Below, one piece after another: positions 1 to 14,500 of a stretch of 64,000 nucleotides of DNA. Position 1 is the stretch's first letter. The number at the start of each line of letters is the position of its first letter. This DNA is from Thalia democratica (lineage: Eukaryota). Location of the stretch: positions 59,892,001-59,956,000 of the forward strand of contig OZ241830.1 of assembly GCA_965202585.1 (NCBI GenBank), in the 5' to 3' direction. Made by a program: the position numbers and the translations under genes. The notes under the pieces were generated by a model, which worked only from the letters and a program-made list of their open reading frames with translations, was not told the origin of the DNA and searched no databases.

Positions 1-90
1 TTTTAAAAACAACAGTTTTTTTACAAGACCATATGCATGTTTCACAAAAAATGGTAGTAACTAAAAACAAACGTTGTTTTACAGACACAG

Positions 91-3000
91 TTGGGCAATT
101 AATTTTGTGAAACCGGCTGGAAAGTACGACAACCTCATCATTGAGACGTCCAAACTGACCGGAATCGATGTCAAGCACACTGTGTGGAAGCACAAGCCCG
201 GACACTTGAAAATGAGACCCATCGGAGGGGACTTTTTGCGCAGAGCTAATCCGCAACCGCAGGTATGGTTTTACTAGTTTAAAAAATGCTCTAAAATTTT
301 TTTTTTTAATTTTATAAAACAAGTTATGCTGGTGTTTTAATGATGTTAGTAAGCTCAAAAGTAGTTTGTTCTTAAGTAGAAAAAATATCACAATCTATGT
401 TTTTGCAAGTTATTAAAAAAAAATACAGGTGCAAGTATTTATAAACAACATACCGTCTGTTTGTTCCGCCGATAACGATTATGACGTCACAACTTCGTGC
501 ACGTTCGATTGGTCGGAAGACGAAACTCCCGTCGTGGAAACTTTTTCCGTATCAGTTGTTTCTTACACGGATGAACTAATCATATCTGGTTTATTAGATT
601 TTTATTTGACATGCAATTTTTAAAAAATAACAAATATTGTATACAACTTTTATTTAATTAATGAAAAGCAGTAAAGTAGAACAACTAAAGTATAAAACCA
701 TTTAAAGTATTAATACTCCCTACTATTTTTTTTCTTTTATCGGACTACGCGATAAAAATACATTTATATTTTGTATTTAGATTCTTTGAAACCACTGTTA
801 CTTATGAAATTGAAAGTTTTCAACCTAATATTTAAATTTAGGATCTGGGTTCGGTAACGCTGATGAAGTAAAGGTCTTGATAGGCGGTATCGAGTGTGAA
901 GTTACCAGTTCATCAGAAACAGAAGTCACCTGTACCGTTGGTAAAGTGGCTCTCGGTGAAAAACTACACGTTTCTTTAACAGTAATCGGCAAAGGTACTA
1001 AAATTATTTTTAAACTCTAGTATCTAGTTTTAAATATTATAACACTAAAAATGTTGACATCAAACGATATTTCGATTTTACAGATATGCAACTTTTAAAA
1101 ACAATTTAAAAATCATGTTCATACTTTTAAGTATATACTAGGATAGGGGTCGGCAGCCTTTAGTGACTTGCGGGCCAATTTTCATAGAAAAAATTGCTCA
1201 CGGGCCGTACTATTTAGAAAAAAGTCTTCGAGGGCCGCACTTATTTTGAAACAATTGTAATAATCACTATAAAAATACTGTTATGAACCAAAAAAAAAAG
1301 ATTAAATAAGCAATAATAAAGCACTAGTAAAGAGTATTTATTGAACTAACAGCCTAATTCTAAGTTTTTTATTACAAAAACTTTTATTTTTATTGTTTTA
1401 AAAAAGTATGCTTTTAACTAAAAAGTACCTTGCGGTCCGCAGATTTTTGCTTTGAGGGCCGAATTTGGGTTGCGGGCCGCAGTTTTCCGACCTTTGTACT
1501 AGGGCAAACGTTTACTCTAACGAGCTTTTAAGATATTTTTTTACGATAAATTTTTGTTTGAATAGTTTATAAAGTTTTATAATGATAGAAAAATGATCCC
1601 ATGATAATAGAAAAGTATGAGTAGTTTACCTACTGTTTGTATATGCACACGAAGTTTTGTATATTTGTTAAAATTTTGACTAAAAAAAAAACCTTTTTGT
1701 TGCACAATTTTTCATAAATTTTTAAGTCAAGTTTTGTGTTATATAAGCTAATGTACAATATTTGTCGCAGGAAAAGCAATGTTCAAAAACGAATCATTGC
1801 AAGAAATCAAAGTGGTTGGTGGAATAGACTCAATAACGCCAGATAGCGGTAGTCAAAACTCATGCGACAATGTTGTGAAAATAACCGGAAAAGGTTTAAA
1901 GATATAATTTTAAGCTAAACAAGATTTATATTATATATAAACAAAAACCCGATTTAAAAGCATTGCTTATACGGGGGCATAAAATCAAATTTAACATAAT
2001 TAGAGCTTTGTACACCAGTAAAAAATGTTGATTTTTTTACAATAAAAGTAACCTAAAAGAAACTAAAAATGTTGCAGGTTTGAACCAAACACTTGAAAAT
2101 TTGTCGGTTTCCGTCGGAAGCACCGCTTGTGACGTTACCGAGTCGTCATACACGGAAATCACCTGCCATCTCGAGCGAAGCGCGGTCACCGGAACTTATG
2201 ACGTCACAATAATGTCGGGTGATGACGTGCACATGACGTCATCGGACGCTTTCACTTTCGTCGAAGGTGACGCAACCGGAAACGTGGATTCGGTGGTACC
2301 AACTGTTGGTAACAGACTGGGAGGTTGATAAATTTTTGATCTTTTATGCAACATAGCTGCTGTAGAATTAACTTATTAAAAAGATTAAATACTAAAAAGT
2401 GAACATTTAAATAAAAATGATCTACTGTGAAACATTTCAAAGCAAAAAGTATGTAAAAAACTAGGTTTAAAGGACTAAGTTGTGAATAAAGTAAAGTTGC
2501 TATAATTACTGCTGTGAGTTAGCTTTAAAGTGTTTGGTTTTTTAGCAAAATAAAATCAGTTAGTTACAAGCTTTCTCGACTTAATTCTTATATAAAACAA
2601 TAAACAGTGTAACCTTTTGCATAAAAAGTTATTAAAATTATGTTTAAGTCAATCAAAAGCATTAAACAATTACAAAATTATTAGAAAAAAGTTATAGTAT
2701 CGAAAACGTTTTTATAAAACAGGAGAAGTTTTAAAAATTACTGGAACGAACCTCGGTGTCAATGGAACAGTTACTCTGGGTGGTGTGAGCGTAATTACGA
2801 CTTCGTGGTCTGAAAATTTGATCGAAGGTACAACTCCGTCTCTGCTTCCAGGAAATCACAGAGTCGTCGTCAATGTTGAAGGACAAAGCTGCCCAGTCAT
2901 AGCTACGTTAGCTAAACTCATTAATCATTAAAATATAACAAAAATCTAAAAACATATTTTTAAGTGTTAAGATCATCATCTGAGATCGTTAAACTTTAAA

Positions 3001-6000
3001 CAGTTTATTCAAAAGCACTTTACAAATAAATAACAAGTAAACCTTTAAATTTTTAATAAAATAAAAATATTATTGTTTTTATAGGCAAAAGGTCGAATAC
3101 CGATTCAAAGTGACCTCCGTGTCCCCGAGACAAGGTTCGGTAATGGGTGGTCAGGACCTCCGGGTGAACGGGGAGGGTTTGTACGACGACACAAAAGTGA
3201 AAATTGGGGATTCCCCATGCGAAGTTTACAAGACCAAGGGTAACTTCGCCATGTGTCGCACCACTCCCATCACGAAAACTCACCGCATCGACAATCAGGG
3301 AACTCACAAACGTTAGAATTATCAGCATATAGTATTTAAGCATTTTAACTGTTACACTTTTGTTTTTAAAACTAGGTTTCGTTATAAGTATTTAATAGTT
3401 TACTGTTTATAAAAAGAAAACAAAAAAAAACATATTTATTTTTATTTCAAAATTTCAAGTTTTTTCTGACTACATAGCAATGAAAATTGTTGACAGAAAG
3501 AAATTTAATGGCTAGACTCATGACAAAAAAAGAATTTTCGTTGTTAGTACCACCAAACTATTTGTATAAATCAAATAAAAACAAAAATATAAAACTTGAA
3601 GCAAATAACTTTGATGGCTACTTGCAGCTAAAAGTTTTTTTTCAATGCAGACTACGGTGTCGGGTTCGGTTGGAATCCTCCGATAACCTACGCTCAGGTA
3701 GGTGACGAGATCAACATCCAATGGGAGCTGCCGAAAGGAATTCAGTACGTTGTGATTGGACCGTTCACCACGGCGGACGCAGTTTCTCAGGAGTACGACG
3801 AAGACGGGTTCAACATCGAGCCTACTAAAAGAGGTTTTTGAAAAATTTATAATCAAACATTTAAAGCTGGTTAGAGCGCATATACATTTTGTGTTTAGCT
3901 TGAACTAAAACTAAATTTGATTTTTATTTAAAAATAACTACTAAAATTTATTTTCACAATTTCTTATAAATAACTTATAACAAAATAAGGATCATTCAAT
4001 TACCGCGTCACCACTCCCGGAACAATCTACTTCAAGTCCCTCATATGGGACTGGAGTGAGATGGTGGGGAGAATTGTCGTTTCCGAGCGACCAGCACAAG
4101 AACACAACATCACTGTTTATGTGGACTCTGATACGGAAAAAGTTGAACAACAGGTAAAACTGTTTTAAGGTTTTTATTAAATGCAACATTTTAAAAAGCT
4201 GATAACCTTGAGAGTTCTTAATAAAGTTCTAACTCTATATTCGAAGTATGTAATTTTTTATTAGGAACATTAGTTAGTTTTATCTTAGTTCTAAAAAATG
4301 TGTATCATTTAAAAGTTAATCAATTGTTCAGATTTTTATAAATTATTCATGTATAATTTAATTAAAATGTACATTTAATAATTTAATATATGTATAAAAA
4401 CTATATAATTTTTTAAACAGAATGGTAAACCTTTCAAATCAAGTATGGACCGAACTGGAATTTTAGAATCAATTGAACCTCTGATAGCCACTGTAAAGAC
4501 CCACATTATAGTCAAAGGTGGGAAAACTAGAGCACAAGCAATGAAACATTTGTTTGATGCCACCTAATTTATACGTAAAACATTTTTTCTCATGCCAATA
4601 AAAAATATAGGTAAATTTTGGGCAAGACCTGAAATAAGATTCGGCGGAAAGCTGTGCACTTATTTGTATGGCGGAAAGGATCACTTTGGATGCAGAGTTG
4701 AGGCTACAGAAGAAATATCTGTCGGTCAGTAGACTTTTTTGTTCAGAAGAACATACATGTTAAGCTAATAAACCAATCATTTTAAAACAAAACTTTATGC
4801 TAAATGAATGTACCTGAGATAAGAATTGACTTTATCACAAACAAGTTTAAACTTATTTATTTATCTAGGTCGACATGCAGTCGAAGGTACAATTGAAACA
4901 TCGGGGTATGGCAACGTGCTGGTTGACATCAGGAATTTCGAAAGCAGGAGCATCGTCTTCCACCCTACTATCGATCTCGTTCATCCCAGAGCCGGATCTA
5001 AAAACGGAGGAACTGTTCTTACTGTTACGGTTCGTGTTATAAACGTATTTTCTAAGCTCGAAATTGCTAAAAAAATAAGTATTGAATAATAAGATATTAC
5101 AGCTGAAATTAGAAAACGGCTGTTAGTTTTAACATAAAGTTTCATGATATTTAAACATATATGTACTACTTATTTTTACAAAAAGTAAAATTTGTGAGTT
5201 TTTATGCATTTTATCCTTCGTAGGGTTCTGGTTTTACTAATGCGACCCAAGTACTGATTGGAAGTTTTCTTTCTTGTAAAGTCTTGGAAGCTCAGTACAA
5301 CCAGATCAAATGTGAAACTCCACCGTTTGAGAGTGACAAAGTTTTTGATGTTTCCGTTGTTGAAAGGTTGTTGTTTAAATAAGATATACTTAATAAGAGT
5401 TTTAGATTACGAAAAAAAAAGTATCTAAAAATAAAACTTTGTAAAATATTTTCAAAAGACATGATAAACCGTTAAAAAATTAATATTCAATTGATAAAAC
5501 TTAAGATTTAACAAAACATACAATAATATACGACAGAAACGTAAAAATTACTAAGTATTTATCAAATAAAACAAATAAAAATTTAGTTTTTTTGTATATT
5601 TTTTTAAACAATCTCATAAAACTTTAAAACTATTAAATATTGAAATATTTCAGCGGCGTTCAGGTGAATTTTACAAACGGGTTCACATACTCCTCCGGGT
5701 TCACGCCCCTGGTTACCAAGGTTGACGTCACCGATGACTTTGTTAGTTACAAGGTTGAAATCACTGGTGCAGGTAACTTTATTAGCTTTACATGCAGTGA
5801 AGTTATAAATACTAAACAATACTGAAAACAAGTACTTAAACCACTTTTTAGATTTAAAAATTTATCGTTGATAAAAGTTGTTATCTTAATAGATAACAGA
5901 AGAAAAATATTTTTCTATACATTCTAAACTAAATAACAATAAAATATAAGGATTTCTCTGGACGGCTGCTAATGTCAGGCTCAACATCGGTCCTGAAGTG

Positions 6001-8590
6001 TGCGTGCCTTCCCAAGTTGGTTACACCGCTGTGAAATTTTCATGCACTCTCAATAAATTACTACCTGTAGGACACAACAAGCTCTCAGTTCATATTGCAG
6101 GAAGAGGTTATAAACTGGTTTTCATATTTTATTCATGCTACTAGCTTAAGACTAACTTTCGAACTTTTGTTTTAGGGTACGCGTTGTTCGCGGACGGTGT
6201 AGGCGAATATGTAAACAGCAGACCTCTACTTTTTTCTGTTGAGCCAGAACAAGGCAGCTTGGCCGGTGGCTCAGAAATTACAGTTAAAGGCAAGTTTAAC
6301 AGAAAAATATACGCTTAAGAGCTGGTTTATAAAACAAATTTTGTACAGGAAATGGATTTGTGCAGGATGACAAGTTTTGGGTGAGAGTTGGCGGAATCAA
6401 CTGCTATGTGAAATCAGTAACTTTGGACACAATTGTTTGCATGACTGGTCCTTCCGAGAAGGAAAGAAATTCAAACGTACAAGTTATGTCTAGAAGGGTA
6501 CGGTACGCTGAAAAACCAAAGTTCAGGTACACCGAATCCCTGACGCCTGTTGTTCATGATATACAGCCCGAATTAGGTAAGTATTATAGTTGTTATTTAG
6601 ATTTGAAAATTAACTCGCTGAGCTGCTTATTTTAACAGAGTGTATATACATGAAGTTGGTTATATTACTTGTCAAACTATTTGTGTATACAAATACAAAC
6701 TTCTAGTAACTGTAATCCGGATGCGAAATATTTAAACATCTTTAAGCAAAGCTTACATTTAAAAAACAGTTTACTATAAGCCTATTAGTTTTATACGACA
6801 TAAATAATTCAAAAAAGTATACAAAATGAAAAACATTATTTGTAAACAGCAAGCGAAGGTGACGAGTTAACATTGTTTGGAGAAAACTTTGGAAACAAAA
6901 CTGCAAACATCAGTATAACTTCAAAACTGAACAACCAAACTTTAGGAGAAGTTGTATCAGTTAACGATACACAACTGGTGTTTAGATTGTTCGCTCATGA
7001 AGGTGGAAAAGTTGATTTGCAGGTAAAAGGCAAAATGCTGTCTTAATTTTATAATTATGAATTCTGTTTGAATTAAAATTTTTATCAAATAAAAAACATT
7101 TTTTAATAAAGTACTTTGGTTTTAAGCCAAAAAAAAAGTTTTCAAAGTCATAAACGTCAACTAGCTGTTGTATAATAAGTTATGTTTCAGAAGTTTTATT
7201 TAAAAAACAAGCACTTGTGATAATTGTTATCAAACTTTTAGATGAATATACCAGATAGAGGGTTTGCTGTTTTTAATGCTACTTTCAACTACACCTTGAG
7301 TATTGATTCAATCGAACCGATAAAAGGTGAAAAGAACTGTTTAATGTTTTTTTAAAATCTTAAGTTTGACTTAACTTTTTATTTAAGCTCTTTAAACTTT
7401 TTTATCTTAATTGGATTTTATAAATTTAATAATTCTTTAAAATTTGACTATGTTGATCGCACATAAAATACCTTGTCTAATCAAATCAGGTAGCTTTGGT
7501 GGAAAACAACTCGTTTCAATATCTGGTCAGGGATTTTCATCAAAGAGTGTCGTGATGATCAACGGTAACGTGTGTGACGTCACTAAAGTTACGTCAAAAG
7601 TAATCAAATGTTTCACTCCCGCGCAAGATGGCGATGACTCGATACGTTAGTTAAAATAAAAATATCAGATGTTTTACATAATTTTATAGCAGTTATACAA
7701 AATAGTTAGTTATAACCAGTTTTCACCATATAGTATTTTTCTATCCGTATTTTATTTTAACTTTAAACTGTTTACAGATAAATTAAATTTAAATATATTC
7801 TTTAGAAAAAATAGAATGATCATATCAAACACATTTTCGTTTGTATTTGTAATAAAGTATTTAATATTTTTTCAAACAAACGAAAATATTGTTTTAATTT
7901 CAGCATCGTTCGTCGCTGACGTCATTGTTCATAATCCGGACGTGGAGTCGACTGGTGACGTCACCTTCGAGTATTCGTTGGAAGAAACAGCCGTTATCAC
8001 GAGCGTTTCTCCTTCCAGGGGAGGAACCGGAGGTGGTACTGAAGTCACCATAAGCGGAAGAAACTTCGAGTTTGTTTATTTCAAATGTTCTGAGAAATAT
8101 TCTTACGAGAAACGATACTGTATTAAACTACAAAAGGTAAAAATTAAAATATTAAACAGTGAGTTAATAAATATAAGTGTACAAAAAAGCATACCAGTGA
8201 GTTGTGTTTCCTTTTAATAATATAAATGATAAAAAACAGTCTTGCCGGTGATGATCGCGAAGTTGTGATAGGAGGAATTAAATGTCCAATTAAATCAAGT
8301 TCAGCAACTGAAATTGTTTGTGTAACTGAAGCAAGACCAGAAGGAACTATTGAAACACAAGTAGCTAATTACTTTTGATACTGCAGTTATCACATATTTT
8401 TCAATTTAAGATGTTTCAAGCACATGTTAATAAATTTATACTATAGCTACCTTAGTCAGGGACAAGAGCCTTTTTTGAATATAAGAAACATAGATAATTT
8501 AAACTTTGTAACAATTTAAAAGGTCGAGGTAAAAATTGGCGATAAAGGAATAGCCAGACAAGATTCAGCTTATTTCTACTACATCGACAG
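91..8590 (+). other. IPT/TIG repeat region of fibrocystin-L (exons 1-23 in the window)
   Basis: Recurrent TIG signatures: VTSVSPRQGSVMGG, VHPRAGSKNGGTVLTVTGSGF, VEPEQGSLAGGSEITVKGNGF, ITSVSPSRGGTGGGTEVTISGRNF, and V.IGG..C.V...S.TEI.C patterns. Confidence 0.85.
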
Positions 8591-11500
8591 ATGGTCTTCA
8601 ATCTTCACGTGGGGAGGAAATCCCATACCTACTACTAAAGATTTCGTAATTATTCCCAAGGTATGTAGTGGTTTTTAGTACTTAAAGTCGCATTGGTAAA
8701 AAATTGGTTGGTAATAAATTACAAATAATTAAAATTATATCAAGCTAAAACTAAATACAGTCTTAATTTTGTATATAAACTCGTAGCAGTTCTTGAAATA
8801 AAGTTTATTTTTTCACATAATTTTTTCAACTAAATAAAAGCAATTAAAAAACAATTCAAATAAACAGAACAAGACAGTGTTGCTTGATACTCACACCAAA
8901 GTGTTGGTCATGCTGCTCATTGACGGAGGTAAACTCATTTTCGATGACGAAAACGACGTATCACTTCACGCTGAAAATATTCTCCTCACAAATGGAGGAG
9001 TTCTACAGGTTTGAAATGCATGTTATTTATATCATTTCTGCTTTAAAAACTTTTAGAATTGAATGTACTGCAATTTAATTACTAAATTCTATTACCTTTT
9101 ATTTCATAAAATTTTATTATTTAGCTTTATCGTTACTTTTTTAATGATATTAACGAATATGTTGATAAAATAGTTAAAGAACTAATTTTCCGTTAAAGCT
9201 TTTATAAAGTTAAATCTAAATAAATATAAAAAAAAATATTTTTTACAATTGTTGAGAACTAAATGTAAACTAAGCAAACAAAACTTCCAAACCAGGTCGG
9301 TACAGAAGAGGAGCCGTATGAACGAAACACCGAAATCGTGCTGTATGGTCAGCTCAGGTCGCCTGAGCTTCCGATTTACGGTGCCAAGACGCTGGCAGTC
9401 AGGGACGGAACACTAGACCTTCACGGGAGACACGTTCCGTACACTTGGACCAAGCTGAGTCAGACTGCTGCTAAGGGAAGCACAAAGGTCAGTTTCAGTT
9501 TATCTTGTATCCGTATACTAAATTAAGACTTGACGCGTATTAACTTGAAAGTAAACATAACCACTTTTTGTATAAAAGGTTGATTTTTATAAGACTTTTC
9601 TATTAGTCATTAATTTATTTTATTAATTAGTAACCTAAAAGCTTTCTTAAGTTTATCGACTTCTAAAACTTTTAGAGCAAAGTTCTAAGTTATTAAAATT
9701 CAGATTCACCTTCAACACTCAGTAAACTGGAGAGTTGGGGATGAAATTGCAATAGCCACAACGGGACACAGACATTCGCAAAAAGAAAACGAAAAAAGAA
9801 AAATCACTGCCATATCATCAAGTACAATTTTGATAAAAAAAATTTATACAAAAAATTGTATTTTGGTAAACAATTTTTAATTAAATGTTTACAGACGGAA
9901 AGAAACTGACATTAGACGAGCCGCTTGATTACGAGCATCTCGGAATTGACGAGACCTTCGGGACTCACACGGTAGAACTTAGAGGTTTGTTGTTGATATT
10001 AAATATAAGTTTGTAAACCATATTACACATAAAATAAATAGATTACTTGAGACTATTTATTTATGTTAATAACTAAAACAAATTTTTAAGCAATACACAA
10101 CACTTAATAAATCAATTTCTCTTTAGCCGAAGTCGGTTTACTGTCGAGGAACATTGTAGTGCGCGGTTCGAACGACCCTGCTTGGCAAGATGAAATTCCC
10201 GCGTGTGAGGAAGGTTTCGATACTGGGGAATTTGCCACTCAAACTTGCTTCCAGGTGTTTAAAAACACTTACTTAGAAATAAATGATACAAAAACTGAAA
10301 AAATAAACAAATAAATTTATTTACATATTAATAGTAAACAAGTAGAAATGAGACAAACAGCAATACTGTTTTGTAGCTTAAGATAATAAATGTTTTACAA
10401 ATATTAGATAAAAAAATTAAATAATAAAAAATATAGCTGTTAGGTAAACACTTGTTGTTATTTCAGGGAAGGTTCGGTGAAGAAATAGGTTCCGACCAGT
10501 TCGGAGCTTCAATCATGATCCACTCCAAAGAACCGTCAACTTTTGCAGCTGTGGCGAGAATAGAATACGTTGAACTCACATATGTGGGCCAGGCATTCAG
10601 ACTCGGAAGGTAGTGATTTAATTCAATTAGTTTTTTAATTGTTACTTGCCTTTTGTTTTTTACATAACCAACAGAAGATAAAGGTCTAATTTAATTTTAT
10701 TAAACTTAAGTATTACCTGTAGTTAACTAGTACATATTTTTAGTTTTTGCTATTAAAAGTATTAATTGTGTTTTATTTTCACACTAACAACAGATACCCT
10801 ATCCACTGGCATTTGATGGGAGACGTAACAGGAATGTACGTGCGAGGCTGTTCCATTCACAAAACTTTCAATCGAGCCGTTGCTATCCACGGTTCGTTTG
10901 GGTGCACGACTATTCAAATTCGGACAATTCAAATTCCAACAATTCAAATTCTTAATAAAAGATTCAAAGGACTAAAAGTAAAAAAGTAATGTATATTAGT
11001 CTAAAATAAAAAATACATATGTAAATTATATTAATATCTACAGGCCATTTTTTTCTTTTTGTAAAACATTAAATATTTTTTGAGATATGGTTTATATAAA
11101 GTAAAAAACATAGTTATTTTTATTAATTTTAAAATATCTTAAAAAGTATTTTAGATTTTGAAAAATAGAAAAAGGTGGCATTAGATATTATTAAGATCTA
11201 CATATGTATTTTATATTTTTTTCAAATTCATATTACTTATTGAGATATAATCCTTTTATTATTTTTTTAAGAATTTGAATTGTCGGAATTTGAGTTGTCC
11301 GAATTTGAATAGTCATGTAACCGTTCGTTTTTGAAAACTCGTTTTTTTTATTGAACAGTTTTACGTTAAAAATTGGAAGTTAATTAACAATAGTAATTCA
11401 TTCAAAGTTATTTGAGCTGCAATTTTCTTAATTGTTATTTTTTCTTGTTTGTCTTAATCTATTGATAATTTACTTTGAGTATCTTTATTTAAACATTATA

Positions 11501-14500
11501 AGCTCCAAAACTAAAGGTGCAAATAAAAGAAGCACTAACAGTAAAGTATAAAAACCAACAGCAACTGACAACCTTCTGATCGATCGCACTGTCATATATG
11601 ACGTAATGGGAGGAGCGTTTTTCATAGAAGACGGGATCGAAACAGGTATTGTGATGCAGTACAATCTGGCCATATTTGTCCGTCAGAGCACTTCCTTGTT
11701 GAATGACGACGTTACTCCAGGTGAATATTTGTTTGTAAAAATCTACCTACTGAAAACTTCTTTTTAGTTTACACAAAAATTAAAAAATTAGAAATATAGT
11801 CTCATAGTTTATTTATTTTAAACTTAAAGAATAGTCTTAGTTTTATTTTTACGTTTAAAAACTTATAAATACATACAATTTTTTAATAAACTTTGTTTAC
11901 GAAACAGTCTTACTTTTTAAAGAGTACTTAAGTAAAATGAAATAACTAAACAAAAAAACCCTTAACATCAAAACTCCTTACAGCCGCGTACTGGGTAACG
12001 AACCCCAACAACACGCTGATTGGCAACGTGGCGGCGGGAGGCACCCACTTTGGGTTCTGGTACCGGATGCACAAGAACCCGGACGGTCCATCGTTCACAC
12101 CCGACGTGTGCCAGCAGAAGGTGGAGCTGGGTGTGTTCAGGAACAACACGGTGCACAGTCACGGGTGGTTCGGACTTTGGATATTCCAGAGTTACTTCCC
12201 GGTGGTCGGCAGCAGGTGAGAACTGTTGTGGTGGTTGTATAGAAAGATAAAAGCTTTATTGTTTAAAAAAAAGACCAAAGCTGTTTTAAAGAACTTTATA
12301 ATTGAAAAATATCATAGATATTAGAAAAATAAATACCAGTGTAACCCGAACTTTGATTAATTAATCGTTAAAAAAATGATTGCTTTAATTTTTCTTTAAT
12401 GCAGTTTAACCAAGAAAAAGAGCATAACCGAGGTCTACTATCATTTATATATTATACTAAAGAGTATGAAAACATTCGAAAAATATATACTTTTTTCTTT
12501 CAGCTGTTCAGGAACGGTTCCCTCGCCTGCCAGGTTCCACACCCTGACAACGTGGAACAGCGAGAAGGGCGCGGAGTGGGTGGACACGGGCGCCATCCAG
12601 TTCCACCACTTCGTCATGGTCAACAACGAGAAGGCCTCCATCGACATGAAGTTCATCAAGGGCACCGGGTACGGTTACGAGAGAGGGGCCATGGTCAGGG
12701 GCGGGCTGATGGTCGGTCACACGCAGTCGATATCGCCTGCAGGGTTCGAAACCGAAGTCGGAATGGTTGGTGTATTGGTTGAATTTTAAATTGACATAAA
12801 AAAGTTGAACTTATTTTATTGGATTATTTTATTTGTAAAAATTTCAACTTAAGATATTTTTATTTGAATCCTTTAGAGTTTAGAGTGCCATGATACAAAA
12901 TTGCTAGCATTATCTTTTTGAGATTAACTTAAAGTTAAAATTTGTTTTCAAACATCTTTTTATTTTAAGATGTTTTTAGAAAAGTTTTCTGAATAATTGT
13001 TAACAATGTTTTAAATCTTTTTTAGAGATTACCTCTGTCCCCGGGACTGACAGTCGAAGATGTTGAGTTCCACAATTTTAACCGGGGAGGAGTTGCACTC
13101 AAAATGACGACAATTGACGGAACTTGTAAGAAGTACTGCGGTGGATTCTACTACAAGCTTAAAGGTAGTTTATTGATATGATTTCTATTTATTAATTTGT
13201 TTTACCATTAATTCAGACAATAAAACGTATGATGTGTATTTATACAAACATCAAAACAAGGATATTTTCTAAAAAAGATAAAGTCAAAACTATTTTTTTA
13301 ACTTAGTTTAACAATAACTGCGTTATAACTTTAGTTGTTTTTTTTGAAACAACTTTAAATAATAGGATTATCGTGGACCAACGTGAACAAGAAGGTTCAT
13401 TGGAAGTACGAGCATGAGGGAGTGTTGGAAGATGAGGACGGATCGCTGACGGGAGAAGAACCGGGAAGCAAGATCGTTCCGTTGAGCGGAATCGTCAACT
13501 CTCCTGATTGCAATGTTCGTGTATTAGCCTTATTTACGAGATTAAAACTTACGTCTTTTTTTTGGTAGTAAACGACCAAAAATAAGTTATTATATATTTT
13601 TTATCTTTAATTTATTAAGATATTATGTTTTAATAGCACGGATTGTTACAAAAAAAACAATGTTTTACTCTTATATCAAACTAGTTTAGTAACTGATGTT
13701 CTCTTATAATTTGATATAAGAGTGAAACATTGTTTTGTTTGTAATAATCTGTAAGAATAAAATCTAACCCGGCTCCTTAAAAATACTTAATTTTAGAACT
13801 TTCTATTCTTTAATTTAAAGCAAACTACAATTTAATTTATTAATATACAAGAAACAAAAATGTACAGTAAATTACAAAAAAAATATTCCATTTAAAATTG
13901 TCAAAGCATACATTAATTATATACTAGCTAACAACTTCTGAAAGTTTTAGCCAAACTTATATAAAAACACAACAGATAATCGAAGGACATGAATTTTCAA
14001 ACGGTTCGCTTCCCTCTTTGCTGTGTCCACCTTCATCCCGATTTCACAGGCTCGCACTGAAGGAGACCGTCCCCACATCTCTGCTGACCAAAGACCTCAT
14101 TCTCAGCAACGATTTCGGTAACACTTCGGTGCCTTACGCGACCAAAAGGATGACTCATAAACCCGGTATGAAGTGGTTTTTAGCTTTTAAATCTGCAAAG
14201 TAATTGCTTGTGTTAAAGAAATTTATTTTAAAAATACGATTGTACTAAAGTAGCACTAAAAGTATAAAACGAATATAATAGCGACTAATATGTGTTAAAA
14301 TATAAAGTTAATCTATAGCATAGATAAACTTCTTAAACCTAACTACTTTTACATTATAAGGCTGGATGGCACTTTTGTACGGTAAAGAAACTCACGAGAT
14401 TAACTGGAGAAGTGCTGAAGGTTTTACAAATATTTCCTACACTTCAAAATTCTACGATCTTATGCCTGGTGACTACGTCATAATGAGACACCAACTTGAA

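Noticed and set aside
11968-12782. Multiple overlapping and antisense ORFs over GC-rich exons (also 18637-18855, 20443-20739)
   Set aside because: Expected by-product of very high GC3, which removes stops from other frames. No independent start or splice signals.
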